Source: Oceanispirochaeta sp.
GTDB lineage: Bacteria; Spirochaetota; Spirochaetia; DSM-2461
Length of the DNA stretch: 64,000 bases
Assembly (NCBI GenBank): GCA_963663385.2
Contig: CAXXXD010000003.1
Coordinates: 1,184,001 to 1,248,000, forward strand
Direction of reading: 5' to 3'
The translations under genes and the position numbers were made by a program. Numbering within the stretch: the first letter of the stretch is position 1; every line of letters starts with the position of its first letter. A model generated the notes under the pieces. That model saw only the letters and a list, made by a program, of their open reading frames with translations. It did no database searches and was not told the origin of the DNA. Below are positions 39,198-48,975 of this stretch, piece after piece.

Positions 39198-40292
39198 CTA
39201 TTCAAAATCGTATACATATTCATTAATTCTATTCAGATTTTTACTTGAAGCCCTGGTAAACATTATATGTACAGAAGTGTAAATGCGGGATTGTGTTCTT
39301 AAATCTACGATCTTACCATAAGTAATAACGGGATTTCCTTTTGTCGGTTCGAAACTTATTTTTATAAGTTCCCCTTTATTCAATGGTTTTGTTGTTTGAA
39401 TAGCGCATCCTCCAGCAGAAAGATCGATCATGGTGCCCATTCGTCCCTGATTCTTTAATACGACAGCTTCCTTCTTTTCTCTTTTCCCGGATCCGCTGAT
39501 TTTAATTTGAATAGGGAAAAAATAGCAGGGCCTTTTGATTGATTTTCTTCTGAATTTCCTCTGATAAGAGCGGCTTATTTTATTGGAATGCTGCAGGAAA
39601 ACACTGGTAATCCCTTTTACTGAGTTATAGCCAAGAACTTTTGTAGTAAAAGAGTATTCTTCTCCGTCACTGCCCCATATCAATACATCAATCCGTGACC
39701 CTTTATTCCACCGTATTTCTGTTCCATTTTTATTCAAGGGAATACGGGCACAGTAAAATTCCTTTAAATTGGCTGTTACTACTGAAGAATAACGATTTCC
39801 ATTAGGCATCTTAAAAGTTACAGGTTGACTGAGTTTTAGCTTTTTCGTGTTCGATAAATCATTTGATTCTGCATATACCCTTTCAATTCGTTGTTTTATT
39901 CTATAGATATTTAATTTCCGTTCTTCAACAATTGAGGGAGGAGCTTCCATATGACTAATGTCCCTCAAAGCCTGCCCCAGTGTATTATTCAATGTCCGGG
40001 TATTGCTTAGAAGGGCAAATGGCTTTGTAACATGATAAATTTTAACAAAACTTTCAAGAAGTTGTGTTTGCTTTTTGTTCAGACCGATTCTGGTTGCTTC
40101 CCGCCTGAAAGCCCGTTTACTGTATTTTTTAGAACTGTTCTGTGTACTACCGCTTAACTTGTTTCCGATAATCAAAAGCAGCATTGTTCCAAACATTACC
40201 CCGAGAAAAATAAAATTCTGCTTTGGATCAGAAGGAGTAAATAACTGACCTTTAAAACGAGATGTTGTTTGTAATAACGTTACTAACGGCAT
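39198..40292 (-). CDS. Membrane-anchored PilZ-domain protein (YcgR/flagellar brake-like)
   Basis: N-terminal TM; QRKFRR (RxxxR) and DLSAGG (DxSxxG). Confidence 0.82.
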   Translation of the reverse strand: MPLVTLLQTTSRFKGQLFTPSDPKQNFIFLGVMFGTMLLLIIGNKLSGSTQNSSKKYSKRAFRREATRIGLNKKQTQLLESFVKIYHVTKPFALLSNTRTLNNTLGQALRDISHMEAPPSIVEERKLNIYRIKQRIERVYAESNDLSNTKKLKLSQPVTFKMPNGNRYSSVVTANLKEFYCARIPLNKNGTEIRWNKGSRIDVLIWGSDGEEYSFTTKVLGYNSVKGITSVFLQHSNKISRSYQRKFRRKSIKRPCYFFPIQIKISGSGKREKKEAVVLKNQGRMGTMIDLSAGGCAIQTTKPLNKGELIKISFEPTKGNPVITYGKIVDLRTQSRIYTSVHIMFTRASSKNLNRINEYVYDFE

Positions 40293-40293
40293 A

Positions 40294-41184
40294 CTAATCA
40301 CCCTTATTGATTATTTGATCAAAAAAACGGGGGAAATTTTCCATCCTCGGCATAATTTCATATTCCATTAAGTCTCCCATAAGAACGGAATCCTCAGAAG
40401 AAAATGCGTCCGCCAACTCTTTTAGAATGCCAGACATTTCCTTTATAAAAGCTTTTAGTGACTCTTCATGACCGGCTACATCATCATGCGGGATATTGGT
40501 ATAGATCCTCAGGAGTTTTTGAAAAAGTTCGGAAAAGTGAATTATAATCTCCATTGCTTCCTTATCTTTACCTGTTTGCAGCATTAAAGATATTTCCTCC
40601 ATGGCAGGCAATAAGGATTGAATGGAATCGTACGTATCTTTTGCCGCTTTAAAGGGTACCGTCAGTTCTTCAAGGCGCCCCTGGATCACAGCATCCAGCA
40701 TGATGAAACTTTCAAGAACAGCAATTACATTGCTTTCCGTTCTTTCTCCTTCCGGGATAAAACCGTTAACCTCCAGAATATTCCTCATATGATTCTTTAT
40801 TGTATGATTCTTGTCATCAAGGAGTAGTTCATAACTGCTCTCGATATACTGATATTCCGATAATAGCTCATTTAAAACAGAAAGATTCCCTTCCTTCAAG
40901 GCCGTCTGAAACATCTTTGAAAAGGTTAGTATTGTCTCAATATTCTGTGCCTTCAATTCCAATACAGTTAATGCTGTAAAATATATCGTCTCAGAACCAC
41001 TGAATGGCTGATTTGACCACTCATCTTTTTTGTTGAGAAAAAGCTCTTTATCATCAAGTGTCATCTCTGAAATAGAAAATCCCTGAGGAGCTAACCATTT
41101 TTCAATGGATTCGTAAATATCTCCGAGATTTTTTTCATTTTCAAAAGTAAAATCAATTTCATCCTGATTGATAAAAATATTCAA
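40294..41184 (-). CDS. Hypothetical protein following fliD
   Basis: TTG start with SD AAGGAG; C-terminal DSVLMGDLMEYEI motif of a kind seen in flagellar-locus proteins. Confidence 0.75.
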   Translation of the reverse strand: MNIFINQDEIDFTFENEKNLGDIYESIEKWLAPQGFSISEMTLDDKELFLNKKDEWSNQPFSGSETIYFTALTVLELKAQNIETILTFSKMFQTALKEGNLSVLNELLSEYQYIESSYELLLDDKNHTIKNHMRNILEVNGFIPEGERTESNVIAVLESFIMLDAVIQGRLEELTVPFKAAKDTYDSIQSLLPAMEEISLMLQTGKDKEAMEIIIHFSELFQKLLRIYTNIPHDDVAGHEESLKAFIKEMSGILKELADAFSSEDSVLMGDLMEYEIMPRMENFPRFFDQIINKGD

Positions 41185-41194
41185 TTAATTCTCC

Positions 41195-43213
41195 TTACTG
41201 ATTCTTCTGCTGATTATTGAAACTATCCAGTGAATTGGAACTGGACTCCAATTGATTCAGCATACTTTCCATTGTTCCATATTTTCGTTTCAACTCTGAT
41301 TCATAATCAGTCAGATGATCTTTATAATCATCAATATCATCTTTTGTACTATCAATTTTATTGTCAAGCAGGGTTTCCTTATTCGGCAGAATCCCTCCTG
41401 TCTGTATATAAGGATTCAGAAATCTGTCCATCTCAAAACCGATTCCGCTGTCAACAACAAGATCTCCGTCACTATCCATGCCGAAAAGTTCTTTGATTGC
41501 CGGACTCATCTCCTGAAGAGATTTATCCAGAACTTCCTCATTTATTTCCAGATAACCTCTCAGTTTACTGGCATTTACACCGCTTCCTCCGCTTCCTGAC
41601 GCATTGGTGGAAATTCCGATCTGGGACAGCATTGACAAGTCCCTTTCCAGTGATGTAGGGTAGGGAGAAGCGGTTATCCTCTGCAGTCTGTTTTTAATCT
41701 GCATAAGTGTGATATCCCCGCGAAAGACACCCAGTACATCAAGTGCCTTTTCCCGTTCTTCATCTGTGAAGTACTCTATCTCGTTAACAATATCGGCATT
41801 ATCTGATGACAAGATAAGCAATTGTGTCATGGTTTGATTGTAATTGTAAACAAACTTGATAATCTCCTCTTTTGAGGTTTCCGTATCAGGTTTTATGGAA
41901 ATCTCAACCACTTCCTCCGGATCGGCCCGTTTAAGTTCGAGAGTTACACCGGGAATGAGATCATCAATACTGTTTGTTTCCCTCTCCACACGTATACCGC
42001 TGAATTCCAGAACAGCATTACCTGCTGTTGAAAGAGAATTGACTGGAATATAACCATCCGCAGTTCTCGGATCGCTAACCCTTATATTATGTATGGTTAT
42101 GTTTTTATGCGTATTATTGTTGAATAGAGATATGGAATCAATAGAGTCCCCGTTGCCGGATAAAGGAATTTTAACAGATTCCGAGTAATCACCGTCTTTC
42201 AGGAGGGACAAATCCAGTAGGCCGGTGCCGGTTGCAATTTCTCCGACAGAATTATCCACATTTACGGGCGGGGGAGGAGGTTCCTTCCATTCCGGAACGG
42301 CTGCAGAACTTGAAAAACTTTTAACACTGACGCCCCGGAAAACTGCATCCGGTGTCCCCGGTAACTCAGGTTCGGGAGGAGCTGTCGGACGAGTCTCATC
42401 AGGATCCATTAACGATACGCTGATATCGTACTCCAGCAGCATACCTTCTTCAAAATAGATTGGCCTGCTCAGGGGAATCTCGATAGAACTCCCCGGAGAG
42501 AGGAGTAGGGTATTTTCTTCTGTTATGGAAAGATTGTTATCGGTCAGCTTCTGAGAGGAGAGAACGTTTTCAAACTGAATCGAACTGGATTCGGTTTCAG
42601 CCTCTTTCAGAATCCCGTTATCCGTAGCCCATTTAAGGGTATCCTCTTTAAAAATCAGTTTATTATTGAGACCGGTTTTCTGTGATTCAAATAGAATTAC
42701 CTGAGTTGAAGATGTATCCTTAACAACTGTTGTAGAAAGGAATCCGTCGGATTTTTTTTCAATCCGCTCGGCAAAATCTGATAAACGTCCCCCCCTGTAA
42801 CGCAAAGTAAAATCTCTCTCTCCAATTGAGAAAGCATAATTTCCCTCGGGTACTCTTAAATCATCCGGAAGAGGCGGGGATATAAAACGATCAGCTCCTG
42901 CTGTTTCCAGAACTGTAAAAGAGAGCTCCTGCTTAGTTGCCTCACGTGTAGCAGTCGCGCTCAATATCCGCTCATTTGAGGAATCCACAGTCTTTTCATT
43001 AAAGGGATTTTCAAAACCAAAAAGCTTTCGCGATGAAGCTTTCAGCGTACTAATTTTCCGGTTTAGGGACTGCCAGGTTTTTTTTTCTTCTTCAAACTCA
43101 GTTATGGAATTTTCCATCTCTGCAAGTTTGACTTTTTCAACGTCCATTAAACCTTTGATGAGTTCTTCTGTATTGTATTTACTGTTTAAACCGGGGATGC
43201 TGATGTCAGCCAT
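41195..43213 (-). CDS. fliD: Flagellar filament cap protein
   Basis: MADISIPGLNSKYNT, NSIDDLIPGVTLEL, LSQIGIST, C-terminal coiled coil. Confidence 0.95.
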   Translation of the reverse strand: MADISIPGLNSKYNTEELIKGLMDVEKVKLAEMENSITEFEEEKKTWQSLNRKISTLKASSRKLFGFENPFNEKTVDSSNERILSATATREATKQELSFTVLETAGADRFISPPLPDDLRVPEGNYAFSIGERDFTLRYRGGRLSDFAERIEKKSDGFLSTTVVKDTSSTQVILFESQKTGLNNKLIFKEDTLKWATDNGILKEAETESSSIQFENVLSSQKLTDNNLSITEENTLLLSPGSSIEIPLSRPIYFEEGMLLEYDISVSLMDPDETRPTAPPEPELPGTPDAVFRGVSVKSFSSSAAVPEWKEPPPPPVNVDNSVGEIATGTGLLDLSLLKDGDYSESVKIPLSGNGDSIDSISLFNNNTHKNITIHNIRVSDPRTADGYIPVNSLSTAGNAVLEFSGIRVERETNSIDDLIPGVTLELKRADPEEVVEISIKPDTETSKEEIIKFVYNYNQTMTQLLILSSDNADIVNEIEYFTDEEREKALDVLGVFRGDITLMQIKNRLQRITASPYPTSLERDLSMLSQIGISTNASGSGGSGVNASKLRGYLEINEEVLDKSLQEMSPAIKELFGMDSDGDLVVDSGIGFEMDRFLNPYIQTGGILPNKETLLDNKIDSTKDDIDDYKDHLTDYESELKRKYGTMESMLNQLESSSNSLDSFNNQQKNQ

Positions 43214-43230
43214 AGCATCCCGCCTTCAAT

Positions 43231-43563
43231 TTATGCCATTTGATCAATGAATATACCGATTGCTTCCCTAAGGTTTTCATGCAGATTCTGTAACTCCGGA
43301 GAAGGAATTTCCTTAACAACTCTATCGGTATCTCTATCAATGATTTTAACGACAAAACTATCGATTTTTTCATTAATTGAATAACTGAATCTGGTATTAG
43401 CAGTAAATTCATTGAGTATTCTTTTTGTTTCATTCAAATCAGGATGGGCAACTTTAACTTTTTTCTGGTGCAATTCTACTTGTTGTTTTGCTTTTAATGC
43501 TTGTTGCTGAGTAAGGTTATTAACATTGACCGGTCCTGAATTGGATACATTTCCAATATTCAT
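43231..43563 (-). CDS. flaG: FlaG family protein
   Basis: VVKIIDRDTDRVVKEIPSPE...GIFID; lies between flagellin and fliD. Confidence 0.9.
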   Translation of the reverse strand: MNIGNVSNSGPVNVNNLTQQQALKAKQQVELHQKKVKVAHPDLNETKRILNEFTANTRFSYSINEKIDSFVVKIIDRDTDRVVKEIPSPELQNLHENLREAIGIFIDQMA

Positions 43564-43577
43564 ATAGACCTCCCTGT

Positions 43578-43614
43578 AAAAATAGAAGAGGGGAAGGGCG
43601 CGAACTCCCCCCTC
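43578..43614 (-). terminator. Terminator/attenuator between flaB and flaG
   Basis: GAGGGGGGAG-TTCGCGC-CCTTCCCCTC-TTCTATTTTT on the minus strand. Confidence 0.55.
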
Positions 43615-43678
43615 GACTATATGAAAAAAAGATAACGTCCAGAAATCTCTTCTTCAGTTTTAAGTTATACCCTAAAAT

Positions 43679-44533
43679 TTAGCCTAGAAGCTGCAGTACT
43701 GACTGTGTTCTTACATTAGCCTGAGCCAACATAGAAGAACCAGCCTGATTCAATATCTGATTTTTGGTGTATTCAACGACTTCTGTAGCCATGTTTACAT
43801 CACGAATCCTGGATTCAGCTGCCTGCATATTTTCAGAAGCAATGGCAATACCTTTGGCCGCCATTTCAAATCTGTTCTGGTAAGCACCAAGATCGGCTCT
43901 CTGTTTATTAACAGTCTTCAGAGCTTCATCGACGATACCGATAGTTCTGTTAGCTTCTTCCACAGATGAAAGGGTAACAATTCCGCCACCACCCTGTTCA
44001 TTCTGGAGACCCAGTGCTTCAGCAGTCATTGTACCAATAAAGATCGTTTCTTTCTGATCCATATTTGCACCTACCTGAAGCGCCATAATATCACCAGTTA
44101 CAGAGCTTTCTGCAAACCGACCGGTAAGAAGGTTCATACCGTTGAACTGTGCGTGTGATGCAATCCTGTTCATTTCATCAACAAGTTGTGAAACTTCAAC
44201 CTGAATCTGCATCCTGTCTTCTGCAGTATAGATACCGTTAGAAGCCTGTACGGACAATTCTCTAACCCGATGCAGAATATCCTGAGTTTCCTGCAGATAA
44301 CCTTCGGTTGTCTGTATGAAAGATACTCCGTTCTGAATATTTTTCTCTGCCTGATTAAGACCTCTGATCTGAGATCTCATCTTTTCAGATACTGCTAATC
44401 CAGAAGCATCATCTGCTGCTTTATTAATTCTCAAACCTGAAGACAGTTTTTCCATATTGGTTGCTGTCTGTGTCTGGGAAACGCCGAGCTGCCTGTTTGC
44501 ATTAATGGCACTCATGTTGTGATTTATTATCAT
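43679..44533 (-). CDS. flaB: Flagellar filament core flagellin FlaB
   Basis: [39 protein letters not shown]. Confidence 0.98.
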   Translation of the reverse strand: MIINHNMSAINANRQLGVSQTQTATNMEKLSSGLRINKAADDASGLAVSEKMRSQIRGLNQAEKNIQNGVSFIQTTEGYLQETQDILHRVRELSVQASNGIYTAEDRMQIQVEVSQLVDEMNRIASHAQFNGMNLLTGRFAESSVTGDIMALQVGANMDQKETIFIGTMTAEALGLQNEQGGGGIVTLSSVEEANRTIGIVDEALKTVNKQRADLGAYQNRFEMAAKGIAIASENMQAAESRIRDVNMATEVVEYTKNQILNQAGSSMLAQANVRTQSVLQLLG

Positions 44534-44556
44534 ATCACCCTCCTTGCGAAGTTATT

Positions 44557-44568
44557 GGCATCCATGCC
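44557..44568 (-). promoter_or_regulatory. CsrA-binding hairpin in the flaB leader
   Basis: GGCATGGATGCC hairpin presenting AUGGA; second GGA in the SD (CAAGGAGG). Confidence 0.7.
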
Positions 44569-44588
44569 TCAAACCTGTATGCACCTGA

Positions 44589-44616
44589 CCATCGGCAAGC
44601 AAAATCGCGCCGCTTA
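44589..44616 (-). promoter_or_regulatory. sigma28 promoter
   Basis: TAAG-N16-GCCGATGG. Confidence 0.7.
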
Positions 44617-44770
44617 GCCTGTGAACAGCTGAACAGGGAGATTCTCCGATTTTAAAAAATCGAATAATCTCCCAGTCCTGTGCAAACATCGGAAGGTTAT
44701 GTCAAAGATCATTTCTCACCTGATGTTCAATAGTGTAGCACTAAAGAACATCAGTTAACATTATATTATG

Positions 44771-45631
44771 CTATTGGAGAAGTTGCAAGACAGATTGCGT
44801 TCTCTGGTTTGCCTGAGCAAGCATGGCATTGCTGGCCTGACTCAGGATCTGGTTTTTCGTAAAGTCTACAGATTCTTTTGCCATATCCAGGTCACGTATT
44901 CGCGATTCAGACGCCTGCAGGTTCTCAGCACCAACGTCAATGCCTTTGATTGCCAGTTCAAGTCTGTTCTGATAAGCACCAAGATCGGCTCTCTGCTTGT
45001 TAACAATTTTAAGAGCTTCATCAAGAACACCAATGTTTCTGTTTGACTGCTCGGGAGTAGAGATGGACATGATTTCACCGGATCCGAACTGTCTGAGACC
45101 AAGGGCTTCAGCAGTCATTGTTCCGATATTAACCTGTTCTCTCTGATCCATATTAGCGCCAATATGAAACCACATTGAAGCCGTTACGGTATTAAAACCG
45201 GTATCTGCCGCAAAACGACCTGTCAGCATGTTCATTCCGTTGAACTGAGCGTGTGATGCAACTCTGTCCAGCTCATCAACAAGCTGGGAAACTTCAACCT
45301 GAATCTGCATTCTGTCTTCAGCTGTATATATACCGTTTGAAGACTGAACAGCCAGTTCTCTTACTCTCTGAATAATATCTGTAGTTTCCTGCAGATAACC
45401 TTCAGTTGTCTGAATAAAAGAAATACCATCTGCTGCGTTTCTTGAAGCCTGATTCAAACCTCTGATCTGAGAACGCATCTTTTCAGATACGGCCAATCCG
45501 GAAGCATCATCACCAGCTTTATTGATCCGCATACCGGATGACAGTTTAGCCATGTTTGAAGCAGAACCTGCATTGTTGATTCCCAGGTTTCTCTGAGATG
45601 TCATTGCACTAAGATTGTGATTAATTATCAT
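44771..45631 (-). CDS. flaB: Flagellar filament core flagellin FlaB (second paralog)
   Basis: [10 protein letters not shown]... from ATG 45631 behind SD GGAGG; conserved flagellin termini. Confidence 0.98.
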   Translation of the reverse strand: MIINHNLSAMTSQRNLGINNAGSASNMAKLSSGMRINKAGDDASGLAVSEKMRSQIRGLNQASRNAADGISFIQTTEGYLQETTDIIQRVRELAVQSSNGIYTAEDRMQIQVEVSQLVDELDRVASHAQFNGMNMLTGRFAADTGFNTVTASMWFHIGANMDQREQVNIGTMTAEALGLRQFGSGEIMSISTPEQSNRNIGVLDEALKIVNKQRADLGAYQNRLELAIKGIDVGAENLQASESRIRDLDMAKESVDFTKNQILSQASNAMLAQANQRTQSVLQLLQ

Positions 45632-45655
45632 ATATTCCTCCATGAATAATGAATT

Positions 45656-45671
45656 CAGGCATCCATGCCTG
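45656..45671 (-). promoter_or_regulatory. CsrA-binding hairpin in the flaB leader
   Basis: CAGGCATGGATGCCTG; second site CATGGAGG overlaps the SD. Confidence 0.7.
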
Positions 45672-45696
45672 TAGGGATTTTACCCTCATGGAATTT

Positions 45697-45724
45697 CTAT
45701 CGTCATGGAGATATAATAAACTTG
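45697..45724 (-). promoter_or_regulatory. sigma28-like promoter
   Basis: CAAG-N16-GACGATAG. Confidence 0.6.
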
Positions 45725-45794
45725 AAAAAAAATATTAAGTATTTTAAAAAAAAACCGAGTATTCGGAGTGCAATAATTCACCTTAAGAGAATTA

Positions 45795-46910
45795 TCAAGT
45801 TTTTTTTATAAAATTAATATATTCAAGAGCAATAGGGTCTTCAGGTTCAAGTTCCAATACGGTATAGAAAAACCCCAGAGCCTCCTCATTTTTATGCTGC
45901 TTCAAGCAGAGAATGCCCATATTTGAAATAACCTTGGTATTCTCCGGATCGCTTTGATAAGCCTTCATAAGCAATTCTTCGGCTTTTTCAAATCTGTTTA
46001 GTTCCATCTGGCAAATGGCAAGCTCATTCAACACCTCTACCTGATCGTTATTCAGTTCAAAGGCTTTTGAGAAAGCAGCGAGAGCTTCCTCAAATTTCTC
46101 CAGCTTTCTTAATCCCCATCCTTTTAAAAACCAGGCATTCCATACTTCAGGGTTTTCAATCAGGAATGTACTGATAATTTCAATTCCTTCCTGATTGCGG
46201 TCTTGAGTTATCAACTGGTAGGCTTCCTTGTATTGATCATTCTGTCCTTTAAGTGCGGCAGTATCTTTTAAGAGCTTTTTTGCTTCGGCAAGCTTAACCT
46301 CATCCTTTCCGCTCTGAATGTAGAGATTCAAAAGTTCGCTTGCTTTGGAAAAATCCTGCCTGTTGTAAAAAAACCATGCTGAATTCAAATAAATATCGGG
46401 TAGCTTTTCTCCGTTTTCAATAAGCTGAAGATAAAGATCTTCTGACAGGGCAAAGACTCCATCGGCCTCGTCAATCCTGTTGAGGCCAGTCAGGTAGTTT
46501 CCCTGGTTTTCAAACATAATAGCCAGATTAAGTTTGTGTCTTAGTTCATCAGGCTGTAAACCGATCAGAGCCATGAATATCTCTTCCGTAAGTTCGTAAT
46601 GATGGATCTGGGCTTTAACAATGGCAGATTGAGTTAATTCCTCAATGATTTTCGGCTTAACCGACAGAATAAAATCCCTGAAATACTTAGAATCTTTATT
46701 ACCTGAATCATAAGCCAGGATTTTCAACATACCGGAAATAATCATTTCCCAGCTTAAATCTGATGTATCCCAATTGACAGGATCTATTCCCTCGGGAACT
46801 TCAACAGGAAGCAGAATCCCGGGATCCAGTATCAGGGAATCTGAAACCGTTTTTAGATTTTCCGGTATTGATATATACACAATAGAATCAAGAGGTTTAT
46901 TACTTTTCAT
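45795..46910 (-). CDS. TPR protein
   Basis: Multiple TPR repeats (WNAWFLKGWGL..., LNELAICQMEL...). Confidence 0.88.
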   Translation of the reverse strand: MKSNKPLDSIVYISIPENLKTVSDSLILDPGILLPVEVPEGIDPVNWDTSDLSWEMIISGMLKILAYDSGNKDSKYFRDFILSVKPKIIEELTQSAIVKAQIHHYELTEEIFMALIGLQPDELRHKLNLAIMFENQGNYLTGLNRIDEADGVFALSEDLYLQLIENGEKLPDIYLNSAWFFYNRQDFSKASELLNLYIQSGKDEVKLAEAKKLLKDTAALKGQNDQYKEAYQLITQDRNQEGIEIISTFLIENPEVWNAWFLKGWGLRKLEKFEEALAAFSKAFELNNDQVEVLNELAICQMELNRFEKAEELLMKAYQSDPENTKVISNMGILCLKQHKNEEALGFFYTVLELEPEDPIALEYINFIKKT

Positions 46911-46930
46911 ATGTCTCCATTATTAAATAC

Positions 46931-47731
46931 TTACCTGTTATAAAGGTAATTGTTTATCATCATCTTGTAGGAAAGCGGTAAATCTTCAAGGGCGAAGTGG
47001 AGTGCCATTGCTGCAAGATCCCGTCGGCCCTGAACTTCTTCATATCTCAGTATTTTACCGGGAATCTGAAAAGCTTCACCCTTGTCGTTAATTAATTTTA
47101 CAATAACAGCCTTGTTTAAAAGGAACTTTGCATTGCCCTGAATTATCACTTTGCATCCGGTAAAGGAAACATCCCGTAAAATTCCTTTTCTGGGAATGGA
47201 ATCAATTACAAGAATACAGTTTTTTGAGCCCAAATGAAGTTTCTTCATACTGTCAATGGTAATCAAGACTCTTTCTTCTTTTCGCTTTGTTGCATTGACA
47301 TTGGCTTCAAGGAGAAAACCCAGTATTTCAATCAGATCATCAGGGGGGCGTGTTGAATAGTTCAAGCTCAGCATATAAAGATCCGGTTGATCTTTGGAAA
47401 TCTTACTGTGGGAACTTAACCGCGATTGAATGAAAAAATTGTGTTCAACAGGCTTTGGAGTTTCATCTTTTAAAAAACTCAGACGAAGTGATACATTCGT
47501 TTCATTATCCTGAAGATTTTCAAGGATATTGGCGGGTAGGGCTGCAATAACACGAGCAGACTCAAGGCTGCAACTATATAAAACACAAGGTCTCGGTCCT
47601 TCCTTGAACTTCAGAAAAACCTTTTTACTCTGTAATCCTGTGGTTGTAGCAACATCTCTGTTGAATGAGACATCAATGCTTTTAAATTTACTATATAATT
47701 GTGATATAAGCTGATTTGTTACTATTGCCAT
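46931..47731 (-). CDS. PilZ-domain c-di-GMP receptor (PlzA-like)
   Basis: KRKEER (RxxxR) and DVSFTG (DxSxxG); start set at ATG 47731 (MAIVTNQ) because the track's TTG start is a -35 box. Confidence 0.82.
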   Translation of the reverse strand: MAIVTNQLISQLYSKFKSIDVSFNRDVATTTGLQSKKVFLKFKEGPRPCVLYSCSLESARVIAALPANILENLQDNETNVSLRLSFLKDETPKPVEHNFFIQSRLSSHSKISKDQPDLYMLSLNYSTRPPDDLIEILGFLLEANVNATKRKEERVLITIDSMKKLHLGSKNCILVIDSIPRKGILRDVSFTGCKVIIQGNAKFLLNKAVIVKLINDKGEAFQIPGKILRYEEVQGRRDLAAMALHFALEDLPLSYKMMINNYLYNR

Positions 47732-47793
47732 ATATTTAAGAATTCTACTTGTTATTGAATATGCAGTCAATTAGTAAGTTGCAATATATTATA

Positions 47794-47973
47794 AAACCCG
47801 CAGTGCCGTTTCGGGTGTTCATCCTCTTGAACTCTATTGTTCAAGTGGGATTCCGTTCCTGAACATCCTGTTTCTCCGCTTAGGGATAGCAATTCAGTTC
47901 AAAGCATTTAGGAATCCCATGGATTCGACTTGTCGCAAGAGAAAATACCCTAAAACACGAACACCGCAGGTAA
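47794..47973 (-). ncRNA. ssrS: 6S RNA
   Basis: About 180 nt directly after zapA; 5' CCTGCGGTGTTCGT pairs with 3' ACGGCACTGCGGG; inner stem TGGGATTCC/GGAATCCCA; TTGAAC..GTTCAA hairpin in the central bubble. Confidence 0.88.
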
Positions 47974-47974
47974 T

Positions 47975-48304
47975 TTAATCATTTACTGTGTCATCCAGAA
48001 CCTGTATGACCCGCTGAAAAGCCCTATCAATCTCTTCCTGTACATTTATTGATTCAGTCGACTGCTGTTCATCAGTCAATTTTCTAAATTGATTGTTTTT
48101 AAGATTGATCAGTTCATCTACGATATAAATGCTAGACAGGATTGATAGCTTCAACTGATCTACAGATTTATGCTTCTCTCTGGTTTCATCAATTTTTTTA
48201 TTTAAAAACCAGATGACCTGCTTAAGTTGAGTGGGATCATCAGCTGTTTTAAGCGTTAAATTCACACCCAGTACATTTACCTTTAACAGGTCATCTCTAT
48301 TCAT
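47975..48304 (-). CDS. zapA: Cell division protein ZapA
   Basis: VNVLGVNLTL...KLSILSSIYIVDEL; lies upstream of the 6S RNA. Confidence 0.85.
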   Translation of the reverse strand: MNRDDLLKVNVLGVNLTLKTADDPTQLKQVIWFLNKKIDETREKHKSVDQLKLSILSSIYIVDELINLKNNQFRKLTDEQQSTESINVQEEIDRAFQRVIQVLDDTVND

Positions 48305-48969
48305 CAGAAGATTTCCAGATTCTGTGGGTAGCCAGTATCCTTGACTTCCTCAGTCTCCGGTTCGCTATCTTCCAATGGTTCGGTAGAAAAAGAGGGTACT
48401 GATTCATCATCACTCTCAGAATTTAGAACTACAGATTCTTCGACATCCATATCTATATCGATTGTCTCATCATCGCTTTCATCATCCTGAGAATCTTCCG
48501 CACTCATTTCCAGCTGTTCCGATTGATTGCCTGATACCTCACTTGCATCTGCTTCTACAAAAGATTCCTCTTCATCCGCAACCGATTCTTCGACAACGGG
48601 GGAGTCCTCTGCTGTTACTTCCTCCTCAAAAGATTCCTCTTCCTCGGCTTCAGTCTCGACAGATGGTGCAATTTCAGTTTCTTCACTGGCGGAAATCACT
48701 TCAGAAGTTTCTGAACTTTCAACCTCTTCCTCAGTTTCATCATCTTCATCCAGCTCATCGAACTGGTTTAAAGCACCAATAATACCTTTTTCAATCTCGG
48801 CCTGTTTACTGTCAAAACTGCTTTTCTGATTCTCAAGTTCCGCCACTCTCTCATTAAGGAGAGAAAGCTCTTCCTGAAGATCCTTATTTTCAGATTTCAG
48901 CTTTTTTATTAATTGAACTGCGTCGCTGACTTTTTTTTCCAGTAATTGAACCTGATCGAAAGTTATCAT
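48304..48969 (-). CDS. zapB: ZapB-like coiled-coil protein with long acidic tail
   Basis: LEKKVSDAVQLIKKLKSENKDL coiled coil; overlaps the zapA start. Confidence 0.7.
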   Translation of the reverse strand: MITFDQVQLLEKKVSDAVQLIKKLKSENKDLQEELSLLNERVAELENQKSSFDSKQAEIEKGIIGALNQFDELDEDDETEEEVESSETSEVISASEETEIAPSVETEAEEEESFEEEVTAEDSPVVEESVADEEESFVEADASEVSGNQSEQLEMSAEDSQDDESDDETIDIDMDVEESVVLNSESDDESVPSFSTEPLEDSEPETEEVKDTGYPQNLEIF

Positions 48970-48975
48970 TGAATA

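Noticed and set aside
43679..45631. Direct repeats between the two flaB genes
   Set aside because: Expected paralog conservation, not a mobile or phase-variation repeat.
47732..47770. N-terminal extension of the PilZ ORF in the track
   Set aside because: The TTG start is the -35 box of a TTGACT-N17-TAGAAT promoter.
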